Assembly (NCBI GenBank): GCA_963667845.2
Contig: CAXXVL010000002.1
Location: forward strand, 1,376,001 to 1,440,000
DNA: 64,000 bases
Direction: 5' to 3'
Origin: Smithellaceae bacterium
GTDB taxonomy: Bacteria; Desulfobacterota; Syntrophia; Syntrophales; Smithellaceae
The notes beneath the pieces were generated by a model. The model made no database searches, was not told the DNA's origin, and saw only the letters and a list, made by a program, of their open reading frames with translations. The position numbers and the translations under genes are program-made. Positions within the stretch are counted from its first letter, which is position 1, and each line of letters starts with the position of its first letter. Shown in pieces: positions 47,280 through 57,589 of the stretch.

Positions 47280-48629
47280 TTAAGTAATTTCCCCGAACAG
47301 ATCATAATGATCGGCGTCGGTGATGGTGCAATGGATAAAATCGCCGATCTTGGCGCCGGCATCCTTTATATAAGTGACGCCGTCGATTTCCGGGGCCTGC
47401 CTCCGGCAGCGTCCGACAAAGGCATACCCGTCACGGTCGCTCTTTTCTTCGATCAACACGTCCTGAATCGTCCCGATCAATTTCCGGTTGATGGCATGAG
47501 AAATATCGGCCTGTTCGCTCATGATTGATTCACGGCGACGTTCCTTTTCTTTTTCTGAAATCCGTGAAGGCAGTGCCGCCGCGGCAGTGCCCTCCTCCCG
47601 GGAATAGGTAAAAACACCCAGATGATCAAAGTTTGTCTTGCGGACAAAGTCGATGAGGTGTTCGAACCGCTTTGGCGTCTCTCCCGGAAAACCGACAATC
47701 AGAGATGTGCGCAGAGCAACGTCGGGCATGATGCCTCGCGCCTGACGGATGATTTCCTTTATCCGGTCTGATGAAACCTTGCGGTTCATGGCGGCAAGGA
47801 TCGTATCGTCGATATGCTGAACCGGTAGATCGATGTAGCGGCAAATATTTTTGTGGTTGGCCATGGCTTCCAGAACCTCCGTCGTCATGTGCGCCGGATG
47901 CGCATAAAGCAGCCGCAGCCAGCGAAGGCCCGAGAGTGAGGCCATGTCCGTGAGAAGTCGGGAAAGTTTCGGGCGATCCTGCAAATCCCGGCCGTAAGCT
48001 GTTGTATCCTGGCCGATGACGATAATTTCTTTGACGCCCCGGGCGATCAGATTTTCAGCTTCCCGCAAAATGTCATCGGGCCTTCGGCTGCGCGCCTGGC
48101 CGCGGATCGACGGAATCGCGCAGTAGGTGCAGCAGTTGGAGCAGCCGTCCGAGATTTTAAGGTAAGCGGTGGAAGATGCGGAGGATAAAATCCGTTCATG
48201 CCGGGCCGTCATCAAAAAATCCGGTTTAGAAAGGACGGCGGCACGGCGTGGTTTCAGCGCGTTCAAGTTCTGCAGATGCGAGGCGACATTTCCGACTTCG
48301 CCTGTGCCGATGAATAAATCGACTTCCGGAATTTCTTTGAACAGTTCCTTCCCGTAACGCTGGGCGAGACAGCCGGCGACCGCCAGCTTCAGCTCGGGAC
48401 GGTGTTTCTTTTTTTCGTGCGCCAGGGTCAGGATGATTTCCAGGGCTTCTTCCTTGGCCGGCTGGATGAAGCCGCAGGTATTGACGATGATGACATCCGC
48501 GTTTTGAGGATCTTCAACAAGTGTCATGCCCGATGCGTGGGCCAGACCGCCCATGACTTCCGAATCAATGAGATTCTTGGAACAGCCTAAAGAAATGATG
48601 TGCAGCTTTCCGGGATGGTTCTTTTTCAC
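47280..48629 (-). CDS. rimO: Ribosomal protein S12 methylthiotransferase
   Basis: SLGCSKNLIDSE, NTCGFI, YLKISDGCSNCCTYCAIP, QAPEIDG. Confidence 0.95.
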   Translation of the reverse strand: MKKNHPGKLHIISLGCSKNLIDSEVMGGLAHASGMTLVEDPQNADVIIVNTCGFIQPAKEEALEIILTLAHEKKKHRPELKLAVAGCLAQRYGKELFKEIPEVDLFIGTGEVGNVASHLQNLNALKPRRAAVLSKPDFLMTARHERILSSASSTAYLKISDGCSNCCTYCAIPSIRGQARSRRPDDILREAENLIARGVKEIIVIGQDTTAYGRDLQDRPKLSRLLTDMASLSGLRWLRLLYAHPAHMTTEVLEAMANHKNICRYIDLPVQHIDDTILAAMNRKVSSDRIKEIIRQARGIMPDVALRTSLIVGFPGETPKRFEHLIDFVRKTNFDHLGVFTYSREEGTAAAALPSRISEKEKERRRESIMSEQADISHAINRKLIGTIQDVLIEEKSDRDGYAFVGRCRRQAPEIDGVTYIKDAGAKIGDFIHCTITDADHYDLFGEIT

Positions 48630-50875
48630 TGCGGCAGTTTCCTGATCAGGACTTTACGCGGTTTTGCGCCGTCGGAGGGGCCGACGATGCCTTCGCGTTC
48701 CATTTGTTCAATCATGCGGGCGGCGCGGTTATAACCGATCTTCATATAGCGCTGGACCAGTGAAATCGAAGCCTGCCCCAATTCGCCGACCAGCGCGACG
48801 GCTTCGTCATATTTTTCATCGGACCCGTCTTCTTCATGCTGGGTCTGCGAGGACTCGAATTGAAATTTTTCGATCGATGCGTCATAAGTCGGCTGGGCCT
48901 GCATTTTGATGAAATCAACGATGCGCGATATTTCGGAATCAGACAGGTAGGCACCGTGGATGCGGGTGAGCTTGGATGTGCCGGGCGGAATGAAAAGCAT
49001 ATCGCCCGCGCCCAGAAGCAGTTCGGCCCCCGGTTGGTCAATAATGGTGCGTGAGTCAATTTTGGATGAAACTTTAAACGAGATGCGCGTGGGGAAGTTG
49101 GCCTTGATGAGCCCCGTGATGACGTCCACGGACGGGCGCTGCGTCGCGAGGATCAGGTGAATGCCGGCCGCGCGCGCCATCTGGGCGAGCCTCGTCAGCG
49201 ATTCTTCCACATCCCGGGAGGCGACCATCATCAGGTCGGCCAGTTCATCGATAATGACGACAATGTAAGGAAGCCGGACATGCTGAAAGGGCGGTGCGCT
49301 TTTTGCCGAATCTTCCGCCGTCTCCGAGCCGGGCAGGGTCTCCGCCCGGAGTTCTTTAACGGGCGCGGCAGGCTTACTTTTGGCGCCGGTGAGGAGCATT
49401 TCATTATAGGCATCGATGCTCTTCACGCCCAGTGCGCTGATGACCCGGTACCGGCGTTCCATCTCTTCCACCGTCCAGCGCAGCACCTGCGAGGCTTTCT
49501 TGGGATCCACCACGACCGGATGCATCAGGTGCGGAATGCCTTCATAGGAGGACAACTCGAGCCGTTTGGGATCGACCATCAGAAATTTGACATCGTCGGG
49601 CTGCGCCTTGAACAGGATGCTGCAGATCATGGCGTTGAGCGCCACGCTTTTACCCGACCCGGTGGTTCCGGCAATCAGCAGGTGCGGCATTTTGGTCAGA
49701 TCCGCGATCACCGGCGTGCCCACAAAATCAACGCCCAGTGCGATCGGCAGACGCAGAGACGAGTTCGTAAACGCGTCATTGTTCAGAACATCCTTCAGGA
49801 AAACCGGATCGCGTTTGAGGTTGGGAATTTCGATGCCGATGACGGACTTGCCGGGAATCGGTGCCAGGATGCGGATACTGGGGGCCATCAGCGCCAGCGC
49901 CAGATCGTCGGCCAGCGTGGTGATGCGGTTGATCTTGACACCGGGTGCGGGTTCAAGTTCATACATGGTAATGACGGGACCGGGCATCACTTCTACGACG
50001 CGGGCCTCCACGCCGAAATCCGCCAGTTTCTTTTCCAGGATGCGCGAATTCGTTATCAGGTGGTCGCGTTTGACGCGCGCGTCTTTCTGGGGCGGCTCTT
50101 CGAGCAGCGTGAACGGGGGCAATTGGAACTTGCCGTCGGATTTAAGCTTGGAAAAATCGAAATGCGTCTGCTCGATTTTTTTCGGTTTCGCTTTCCTGGG
50201 AGCCATTGTCTGCTCGGACTCTTCCATAATGGGCGGCAAAGTCTTTTCGATCTTCAGGCGGGAGAAGAAGCGGGTAAAAAAAGACGTGAAGATGTTCTTG
50301 AGGGATAAAAGCCCCTTTTGCACCCACTTTGAAAATCTTTCCGTTACCGACACGAGAGAAAATTCGACGATAAAGAACAGAGAGACGATGAAAATGAAGA
50401 CCAGAATAATATACGTGCCCGCCAGATTGAAATAACCGAGCAGGAATCGGACAATGCCCGCGCCCGCCAATCCGCCCGCCCGGAGCTTTTCTGCGTGGAC
50501 GGTGATGCCCCCTTCAATCAGCGCGCCGAATAAGCCGGCGCACGAAAGTGTAAAAAAAATAAATCCGATGATCCGCTGGGCATCCAGAGTAAAAGCAGAG
50601 CGCAGGAAATATTGAAACGCACAGGCCAGGAGCGCCAGGGGGAGAATAAAGGAGGCAATGCCCAGCAGGCGGATGATCGAATCAGCCGTAAAAGAACCGA
50701 ATTTGCCGGTGAGATTGTGCGTCGGTGATCCATCGGCTACGAAGCGGGTGAAAGAAGGGTCCTGCGGCGAATAGGAAAAAAGGCACAGCAGGAGAAACAC
50801 GGCCACGGCCAGGCAGATGACGCCTTTAATCTCGCGGATTCGTTTATGAGGATGGTCCTGAGAGGTTTTTTCCAT
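48626..50875 (-). CDS. ftsK: DNA translocase FtsK
   Basis: N-terminal TMs, PHLLIAGTTGSGKS, IIDELADLMM, ATQRPSVD, gamma domain IGYNRAAR. Confidence 0.96.
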   Translation of the reverse strand: MEKTSQDHPHKRIREIKGVICLAVAVFLLLCLFSYSPQDPSFTRFVADGSPTHNLTGKFGSFTADSIIRLLGIASFILPLALLACAFQYFLRSAFTLDAQRIIGFIFFTLSCAGLFGALIEGGITVHAEKLRAGGLAGAGIVRFLLGYFNLAGTYIILVFIFIVSLFFIVEFSLVSVTERFSKWVQKGLLSLKNIFTSFFTRFFSRLKIEKTLPPIMEESEQTMAPRKAKPKKIEQTHFDFSKLKSDGKFQLPPFTLLEEPPQKDARVKRDHLITNSRILEKKLADFGVEARVVEVMPGPVITMYELEPAPGVKINRITTLADDLALALMAPSIRILAPIPGKSVIGIEIPNLKRDPVFLKDVLNNDAFTNSSLRLPIALGVDFVGTPVIADLTKMPHLLIAGTTGSGKSVALNAMICSILFKAQPDDVKFLMVDPKRLELSSYEGIPHLMHPVVVDPKKASQVLRWTVEEMERRYRVISALGVKSIDAYNEMLLTGAKSKPAAPVKELRAETLPGSETAEDSAKSAPPFQHVRLPYIVVIIDELADLMMVASRDVEESLTRLAQMARAAGIHLILATQRPSVDVITGLIKANFPTRISFKVSSKIDSRTIIDQPGAELLLGAGDMLFIPPGTSKLTRIHGAYLSDSEISRIVDFIKMQAQPTYDASIEKFQFESSQTQHEEDGSDEKYDEAVALVGELGQASISLVQRYMKIGYNRAARMIEQMEREGIVGPSDGAKPRKVLIRKLPQ

Positions 50876-51642
50876 TAGAGTGCCGTCTTCATTTCCGGCT
50901 GGACGTCTTTGATGCTTGCCGCGCCTGCTTCCCGATAAGCGTCATAATTCCTGATGATGACCTGTCGGACTCTATTAATCAGTTCCTGCCGGTTTTCCAA
51001 CGTACAGTCTTTTGTGGAGATCGGTTTATCGATCACCAGCTTTATCTTTCCCGGATTGATTTTGAGTGAGCGCTTCTGCATGATGTTGCCGCTGCCGATG
51101 ATGGTAATCGGGACAATAGGCACGCCGGACTGAATGGCCAGGTAGAAAGTTCCCTGTTTGAAAGCTTTGATCTCGCCGTCCCGGCTTCTCGTGCCTTCAG
51201 GGAAGGTCATGACCGATTTGCCCTGGCGGATTCTGAGCGCGGCAAGGTCCAGGCTCTGCATGGCCTTTTCATGATTTTGCCGGTCGATTTCAATGTAGCC
51301 CGCGCCCCTCATGGCCCGGCCGAAGACGGGAATCGCAAACAATTCTTTTTTCGCAATCCAGCGAAACTGACCGGGAACATAGGCCAGGGTAATCAGGATA
51401 TCAAAATCGCTTTGATGGTTGGCCATGAATACCTGCGGCCTGCTCTTCAGGATATTTTCCTTGCCGATGACTTCAACCTTTGTGTTGCAGATCGCAAGTA
51501 GAATCCTGCCCCAGAGGTTGGCGAGTTTATGAACGTTATTTTCCGCGTTGGCAAAAAAGGAAAAAACGACAGCCCAGAACGAGAGAAATGCCGTAATCGC
51601 TACGCCTAATGTCACTAAGAGTGCCGAACGAATCATCTGCAT
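50875..51642 (-). CDS. plsC: 1-acyl-sn-glycerol-3-phosphate acyltransferase
   Basis: NHQSDFD, AKKEL, IDR, FPEGTRS, VPIVP. Confidence 0.92.
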   Translation of the reverse strand: MQMIRSALLVTLGVAITAFLSFWAVVFSFFANAENNVHKLANLWGRILLAICNTKVEVIGKENILKSRPQVFMANHQSDFDILITLAYVPGQFRWIAKKELFAIPVFGRAMRGAGYIEIDRQNHEKAMQSLDLAALRIRQGKSVMTFPEGTRSRDGEIKAFKQGTFYLAIQSGVPIVPITIIGSGNIMQKRSLKINPGKIKLVIDKPISTKDCTLENRQELINRVRQVIIRNYDAYREAGAASIKDVQPEMKTAL

Positions 51643-51868
51643 TTATCCCTTGATCAGATTACTTGAGACTGAAGATGCATTTTTTACTTGATAATGTAGT
51701 TGAAGTCAACAGTGAATTACGGTCGTTGCGCACTCATTTTTAAGCGCGCAGAAAGGACCTCGGAAAGAGGTTTTTGGTGACTGCTGGTCACGGCGTAATG
51801 CAGGCAGGCTCTGTGATTCAGGCTCCTTGCGGATTTGCGAAAATTAACGAGAAAAAAGTTTTTTTCCC

Positions 51869-51912
51869 TTGACAAAAAGGTGTCGCTCATTTATGAACGC
51901 AACCAACGTTGG
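51869..51912 (+). promoter_or_regulatory. Candidate sigma70 promoter and palindromic operator upstream of livH
   Basis: TTGACA at 51869, 17-bp spacer, TATGAA; perfect palindrome CCAACGTTGG at 51903-51912. Confidence 0.5.
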
Positions 51913-52005
51913 ATATAATAAGCATGAATAAATTGTACGCCGCCTCACCTCTGCTGACATTGAAGTGAGTGTGCGGGGCAATGCCGATCGGGCGATGGAG
52001 TCTAA

Positions 52006-52875
52006 ATGGAACTATTTTTACAGCAAGTATTTAATGGAATCATGTTGGGCAGTACGTACGCCATCGTCGCGCTTGGCTTGACAATGGTGTTCGGCATTCT
52101 GCACGTGCCGAACTTTGCTCATGGGCAGATGTACATGCTCGGTGCCTATGTCTGTTTCTTTCTGGTCACGATATTCGGCTTCGCCTATTGGCCGGCGCTG
52201 GCATTATCGGCGATCGTCTTGGCGCTGGCCGGTGTCGTTTTGGAATTTCTGGTTTTCAAGCCGGTGCGCAATGCGGGAGGCATTACCCCTTTTATCTCTG
52301 CATTGGGCGCGTTGATCATATTGGAAAATGCGGTCGTTGTTTTATGGGGACCCGAAGGTCACCGCATTCCGAATCCCTATCCCGGGATTATCGACGTGCT
52401 GGGAATCACAATGTCCACGCAGCGTCTGCTGGTCATCGGAGTTGCGATCGGTATGATCGTGTTGCTCCAACTTTTCATTAAGAAGACAACACTGGGCAGC
52501 ACCATCGAAGCAGTTGCCCAGAATAAAGAAGGCGCCACGCTTGTCGGCATTAACGTCAACAAGGTCTCCGCCCTCACGTTTGCTATTTCGACAGCGTTGG
52601 CTGCGGTCGCCGCCTGCCTGGTCGCACCCATTTTTATGATATCACCCAGCATGGGATCGCTGGTGGGCATGAAGGCATTCGTTATCGTGATCCTCGGGGG
52701 GTTAGGCAGTATTCCCGGGGCGATTGTCGGCGGCTTGATTTTAGGTTTGATTGAAGCTATCGGCGGCGGATATTTTTCGGCCGCCTACAAAGACGTGTTT
52801 GGTTTCGGCGCGCTGGTGCTGATCCTCGCCATAAGGCCGACGGGCTTGTTCGGGAAGGAGATTAAGGGCAGATGA
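52006..52875 (+). CDS. livH: Branched-chain amino acid-type ABC permease
   Basis: NGIMLGSTYAIVALGLTMVFG, NFAHG, GGLGSIPG, RPTGLFG. Confidence 0.92.
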   Translation: MELFLQQVFNGIMLGSTYAIVALGLTMVFGILHVPNFAHGQMYMLGAYVCFFLVTIFGFAYWPALALSAIVLALAGVVLEFLVFKPVRNAGGITPFISALGALIILENAVVVLWGPEGHRIPNPYPGIIDVLGITMSTQRLLVIGVAIGMIVLLQLFIKKTTLGSTIEAVAQNKEGATLVGINVNKVSALTFAISTALAAVAACLVAPIFMISPSMGSLVGMKAFVIVILGGLGSIPGAIVGGLILGLIEAIGGGYFSAAYKDVFGFGALVLILAIRPTGLFGKEIKGR

Positions 52876-53849
52876 TGAAGTGGTTGAAGACGAATTGGTT
52901 TTATCTGGTTGTTCTGATTATAGCCCTGGTTCTGCCCCTCTTTATCACGAACCGGTATTATGCTCAGGTGATCACCATGAGTTGCCTGTTTGCGATCGGC
53001 GCTCTGAGTATGAATCTCATTCTGGGCTACACCGGCCAGATGTCGCTGGCGCACGGCGGCTTTTTTGCCATCGGTGCATACGGGGTGGCGATTTTAACGT
53101 ACAACATGGGTTGGAATTTCTGGCTGGCCTTGCCGGTGTCGGCCCTGTTGTCGGCATTCATAGGGCTCCTGGTCGGCATGCCGGCGCTACGCACCCGGGG
53201 ATCATACTTTGCCATTACGACGATGTGCCTGGGAGAAATTATTTATCTGATTGCGGGCAACTGGATGGAGCTGACGGGAGGCCACAACGGTATCGTGGGA
53301 ATTCCGGTCCCCAGCCCCATTGCTATTCCGGGCCTAAGCCCAATCAATTTCCAATCTCAGGTGGCGCAATACTATCTGGTGTTATTCTTCCTGCTCTTGA
53401 CCATATTCGTTATGCATCGCCTGGTCAAAGCATTACGGGGCTTGACCTTTCTGGCAACAGCCATTAATGAAGATCTGGCGGAGGCAGTGGGAATCAATAC
53501 TTTCCGCACCAAACTGCTTTCCTTCATCGTAGCCAATTTTTTCGTCGGGCTGGCCGGAGGCATTTATGCCAGCCTGATCGGCAGCATCTCCCCGTCGGTT
53601 GCCTCGATCGGCATGACCTTCAACTTCCTGATGTACGTGCTTCTCGGAGGCATTACAACGCTGGCGGGACCGATTGTCGGTGCCTTTATCATTCCCATTC
53701 TCCTCGAATATCTGCAGTTCCTGCAGGATTATCAGATGATTCTTTTCGGATTCCTGCTGATTGTCGTGATTATGTACTTCCCGACTGGTTTTATGGGATT
53801 GTTTGCGAAGGTACGTGAGAAGATTCAGAAATCAAAGGTGGGGGCATAA
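52872..53849 (+). CDS. livM: Branched-chain amino acid-type ABC permease
   Basis: GYTGQMSLAHGGF, LRTRGSYFAI, LTGG.NG, LLGG.TTLAGP. Confidence 0.92.
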   Translation: MMKWLKTNWFYLVVLIIALVLPLFITNRYYAQVITMSCLFAIGALSMNLILGYTGQMSLAHGGFFAIGAYGVAILTYNMGWNFWLALPVSALLSAFIGLLVGMPALRTRGSYFAITTMCLGEIIYLIAGNWMELTGGHNGIVGIPVPSPIAIPGLSPINFQSQVAQYYLVLFFLLLTIFVMHRLVKALRGLTFLATAINEDLAEAVGINTFRTKLLSFIVANFFVGLAGGIYASLIGSISPSVASIGMTFNFLMYVLLGGITTLAGPIVGAFIIPILLEYLQFLQDYQMILFGFLLIVVIMYFPTGFMGLFAKVREKIQKSKVGA

Positions 53850-53850
53850 C

Positions 53851-54615
53851 GTGCTGCTAAAAGGTGAAAATCTGGTAAAAAGTTTTGGCGGCACAATTGC
53901 TGTCAATGATGTGACCATTGAAGTCAACGAAGGAGAGATCCTGTCCATTATCGGTCCCAACGGGGCCGGGAAGTCCGTTCTATTCAGTCTGATCAGCGGC
54001 TCGGGCAAGCCGACTTCCGGCAGCATTAAATTTGCCGGAGAAGAAATTGCCGGTCTCAGCGCCAGTCAGATATCCCGCAAGGGCATCGCCCGGACGTTCC
54101 AGCTCACGGCGCTCTTTGAAAAGTTGCCGGTTGTCGCTAACCTCGCGCTGGGATACTACAAATGTACAACGAGCGGATTGTGGGGATCGATCTTCCATAC
54201 ACCGGGCTGGCAAAAAGATAAAAAGAAAGTGGAAGAAAAAGTGATCGAGACGCTTGATTTTGTCGGGCTGGGCTCCAAGGCTTTAGAAACGGCGTCCACG
54301 ATTTCTCAGGGAGAGCAAAGGCTTCTTTCCATCGGCATCGCCCTGATCAGCGAACCGAAACTGATTCTCTTTGATGAGCCGACGGGCGGATTGATCCAGG
54401 AAGATACGGCAATGATCACTGAATTGATCCGCAAAATAAATAAAAAAGGCATTACGGTTTGTCTGATCGAGCATAAGATGCGGATGGTCATGGATTTGGC
54501 CGACAGAATTGTTGTTTTAAACTACGGCAAGAAAATTGCTGAAGGGAAGCCGGCGGATGTCGCCGCGGATCCGCAGGTAATCGAAGCCTACTTAGGAAGA
54601 AAAAAGGATGCTTAA
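53851..54615 (+). CDS. livG: ABC ATP-binding protein
   Basis: GPNGAGKS, GIARTFQ, DEPTGG, IEH.M, VIEAYLG; start placed at GTG 53851. Confidence 0.9.
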   Translation: MLLKGENLVKSFGGTIAVNDVTIEVNEGEILSIIGPNGAGKSVLFSLISGSGKPTSGSIKFAGEEIAGLSASQISRKGIARTFQLTALFEKLPVVANLALGYYKCTTSGLWGSIFHTPGWQKDKKKVEEKVIETLDFVGLGSKALETASTISQGEQRLLSIGIALISEPKLILFDEPTGGLIQEDTAMITELIRKINKKGITVCLIEHKMRMVMDLADRIVVLNYGKKIAEGKPADVAADPQVIEAYLGRKKDA

Positions 54616-55312
54616 ACTAACAAATGTAACAACCATGATTGGCGAGCACCAGGTCATCCACGACGTATCTTTGCATATCGCTCAGGGAGATTTTGTTGCG
54701 CTGCTCGGAGGCAATGGCGCCGGGAAAACCAGCCTGTTTCGGACGATTGTTGGTGTACTTCCGACGGCGAAAGGCAAGATCGAATTCAAAGGCGAGGATA
54801 TCAGCCATCTGCCCGCTCATAAAATTGTGGGCAAAGGCATCGCACTTTGTCCGGAAGGCCGGCAGCTGTTTCCTCAGCTTCCCGTCTATAAAAATTTAAT
54901 GCTGGGCGCTTATCATCGCAAGGATAAGAAAGGCATTGAAGAGACTCTGGAGCAGGTTTATACCCTTTTCCCGCGGCTGAAGGAAAGATACAAGCAGATG
55001 GCCGGAACATTTTCCGGTGGTGAACAGCAGATGCTGGCAGTAGGCCGGGCGATTATGTCCAAGCCTGAAATGCTCCTTCTGGATGAGCCCTCCATGGGAT
55101 TGGCGCCGCTCGTTGTAGAAGGCATTGCCGATGCGATCACCCAACTGAACAAAATGGGAATCACGATATTTCTGTCCGAGCAAAATGCTCAAATCGCTCT
55201 GATGATCACGCGACACGGCTATGTTTTGGAAAACGGCCATCTGGTCCTCGACGGACTCAGCAAAGATCTGATCACCAATGAGAAGGTGAAAAAAGCGTAC
55301 CTGGGAACATAA
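54608..55312 (+). CDS. livF: ABC ATP-binding protein
   Basis: GGNGAGKT, PEGRQLF, SGGEQQML, DEPSMGLAP, EQN, AYLG. Confidence 0.92.
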   Translation: MLKLTNVTTMIGEHQVIHDVSLHIAQGDFVALLGGNGAGKTSLFRTIVGVLPTAKGKIEFKGEDISHLPAHKIVGKGIALCPEGRQLFPQLPVYKNLMLGAYHRKDKKGIEETLEQVYTLFPRLKERYKQMAGTFSGGEQQMLAVGRAIMSKPEMLLLDEPSMGLAPLVVEGIADAITQLNKMGITIFLSEQNAQIALMITRHGYVLENGHLVLDGLSKDLITNEKVKKAYLGT

Positions 55313-55352
55313 GAACGATGGTTTCCCTGCGGGAAATCATGCCACCATCCAT

Positions 55353-55392
55353 AAAAAGAGCTTATCCTCAAAACGGGAAAGCTCTTTTTTTT
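55353..55392 (+). terminator. Intrinsic terminator after livF
   Basis: AAAAAGAGCTT...AAGCTC followed by a T run. Confidence 0.7.
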
Positions 55393-55751
55393 CTGAGGCC
55401 GTTGCCTGCTCTTTTTGCCCAGGCCGGATCAATCCATCGGGCATTTATCACGCTCCTTTTCTTGCAGCGGCAGGAATCTCCATATTTATACACCGCATTC
55501 AAAACATGTCCCCGAAGCCGTTCATGCGGCCTCGTTTCCATTTAAGGACGGGCAATTCATTTGCTCTTTTGTGCGGGAAGACCCCCCTGAACGGCTTGCC
55601 GAAAAATCGTCTTTGCATAAATTGCACGGCTGAGTTTGGCCTGAGATCACAGAGCTTTAGAGGCAACCTCACTAATACATCAATATATTCATGATGATGC
55701 AAGCTGTATCCCAATCGCTGTCCGTTGTGAAAATTCTCTGCGGCAAACCAT

Positions 55752-55807
55752 TACGGATCCGTACAGAAAACATTTACCGTTGACTTGAATTGTTATGTAG
55801 GTATACT
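55752..55807 (+). promoter_or_regulatory. Candidate promoter of the flavocytochrome operon with upstream palindrome
   Basis: TACGGATCCGTA (55752-55763); TTGACT (55780), 16-bp spacer, TATACT (55802). Confidence 0.55.
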
Positions 55808-55954
55808 AAACGTCGTCAAGTAGGATGATCTGAATTTTGCTTGAAACGCATTGATCTTGTCAGTCCTGAAGCAAAAAGTCAGCTCATTTCATAAAGTATT
55901 CGGAAAAGTATTTTTTAACATGTCCTTTGATAGACATCGGAGAGGAGGTCTCAA

Positions 55955-57493
55955 ATGAAGCAGGACGATTCGAATAAATCATTAAGTAGACGAAATTTCT
56001 TAAAAACGGCGGGAGGAGCGGCGGCGATTGCGGGGCTGGCCACAACTGGTCTTCCGATACTTCCGGGCAAAGCGGAAGCGGCCTGCGAGCCGCTGCCCAA
56101 AAAGTGGGACGAAACGTATGATGTCGTAGTTATCGGCAGCGGATTTGCGGGACTGGCGGCTGCCATCGAGGCGAAAAATGCCGGAGCCAAGGACGTTGTC
56201 GTCCTGGAAAAAATGCCGGTCTACGGTGGAAACTCGATCATCAACGGCGGGGATTTCTGCGCTCCGGATACCAGGCTGCAGAAGGAAAACGGTGTTCAGG
56301 ATTCGCCCGAGCTCATGTTGAATGACATGCTCAGAGCGGGGCTTTATCTGAATCATCCCGAGCTTGCCGGAATTGTCGCCTATAATGCTAAAGCAGCTCT
56401 GGAATGGACTGAATCCTATCTCGGAGTAAAGTACACGAAGCTGAATTTCCATGGCGGCCACTCTGTCAAGCGGGCCAACGGGACGATCAATTCTTCAGGG
56501 TCAGAATTGGTCAGTAAGGAACTGGCCAAAGCCAAGGAGCTTGGTGTGAAAATTCAACTGCGCACCAAGCTGGTGAAATTCCTGGCCGATAAAGAAGGAA
56601 GGATTGTCGGCATGGAGGTACGCAAGGGTTATAAATTCCCCGATGATAATTCGGGAAAGGTTGCTTTTATCAAGGCACGCAGAGCCGTTGTACTCAGTTC
56701 AGGCGGTTTTTCCAACGATGTCGCGCTGCGCCAGATTCATGATCCGCGCCTGACGGACAAGTTGTTCTCGACGAATCAGCCGGGCGCAACAGGCGAGGCC
56801 CTGCTGGCGGCGTGCATCGTGGGCGCCATGGACGTCCAGATGGACTGGATACAGCTTGGCCCGTGGACAAGCCCGGACGAGAAGGGCTTCGGGCAGGTCC
56901 CGCTGTTTTGCGAGAGACTTGTCGGCTATGGTCCGATGGTCAATCCCTCGACGGGCAAGCGCTTTTTCAAGGAAACAGGAAACCGCAAAGAGCGGGCGGA
57001 TGCCATCATCCTCGTCGGACATCCGGTCATTATCATGGGAGATTCCTATGCCGTGCCCAAACAGGTATTCCCCAACGCCCTGAAATTGGGGATGGAGTCC
57101 GGGGCCATTAAAAAATTCGACTCTCTGGAAGCGGTGGCCAAAGAGTACAATATACCGGTGACAGTCTTCCTCGCAGAAATCAAGCGCTGGAACTCTTTTG
57201 TCGAAAAGAAGAAGGATGATGATTTCGACTGCATGATCTTCAAGGACGCCAAGCCGACCGTCGAAGCGCCTTTCTATGCAGCGCGTCTTTGGCCTAAAGT
57301 TCACCATACCATGGGCGGATTGGTGATCAACAAAAACGCTCAGGTTTATGGTTTTGACATGAATCCCGTTAAAGGACTCTACGCTTGCGGAGAGGTAACC
57401 GGCGGTGTCCACGGGGCAGTGCGTCTGGGTGGCGTGGCCATGGCAGACTGCATCGTTTTCGGCCGTATTGCCGGCAAAAATGCTGCAGGGTGA
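55955..57493 (+). CDS. Periplasmic flavocytochrome c flavoprotein subunit (FccA/Fcc3-like family)
   Basis: Tat signal SRRNFLK...AEA; GSGFAGLAAA; GGHSVKR; VHHTMGG; GEVTGGVHGAVRLGG. Confidence 0.9.
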   Translation: MKQDDSNKSLSRRNFLKTAGGAAAIAGLATTGLPILPGKAEAACEPLPKKWDETYDVVVIGSGFAGLAAAIEAKNAGAKDVVVLEKMPVYGGNSIINGGDFCAPDTRLQKENGVQDSPELMLNDMLRAGLYLNHPELAGIVAYNAKAALEWTESYLGVKYTKLNFHGGHSVKRANGTINSSGSELVSKELAKAKELGVKIQLRTKLVKFLADKEGRIVGMEVRKGYKFPDDNSGKVAFIKARRAVVLSSGGFSNDVALRQIHDPRLTDKLFSTNQPGATGEALLAACIVGAMDVQMDWIQLGPWTSPDEKGFGQVPLFCERLVGYGPMVNPSTGKRFFKETGNRKERADAIILVGHPVIIMGDSYAVPKQVFPNALKLGMESGAIKKFDSLEAVAKEYNIPVTVFLAEIKRWNSFVEKKKDDDFDCMIFKDAKPTVEAPFYAARLWPKVHHTMGGLVINKNAQVYGFDMNPVKGLYACGEVTGGVHGAVRLGGVAMADCIVFGRIAGKNAAG

Positions 57494-57589
57494 GAAGGCC
57501 TGATAATAATCGTTTCCCCGGATAACAGGAAATGCGCATAGCCTTGTTTCCGGTTGTCCGGCCTTCTATGAGAATCATTTTGGAGGCGT

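Noticed and set aside
49157..50435. Long plus-strand ORFs of 383 and 289 aa
   Set aside because: Antisense shadows of ftsK in GC-rich coding sequence.
55742..55790. c-di-GMP-I (GEMM) riboswitch, suggested by GGCAAACCATT
   Set aside because: The following GNRA-loop stem and GACGCAAAG-type second stem are absent.
57491..57567. Second Sec read-through at the flavoprotein TGA
   Set aside because: The protein ends at the normal family C-terminus (GRIAGKNAA); the extension is short and featureless, and the downstream hairpins are better read as intergenic mRNA structure.
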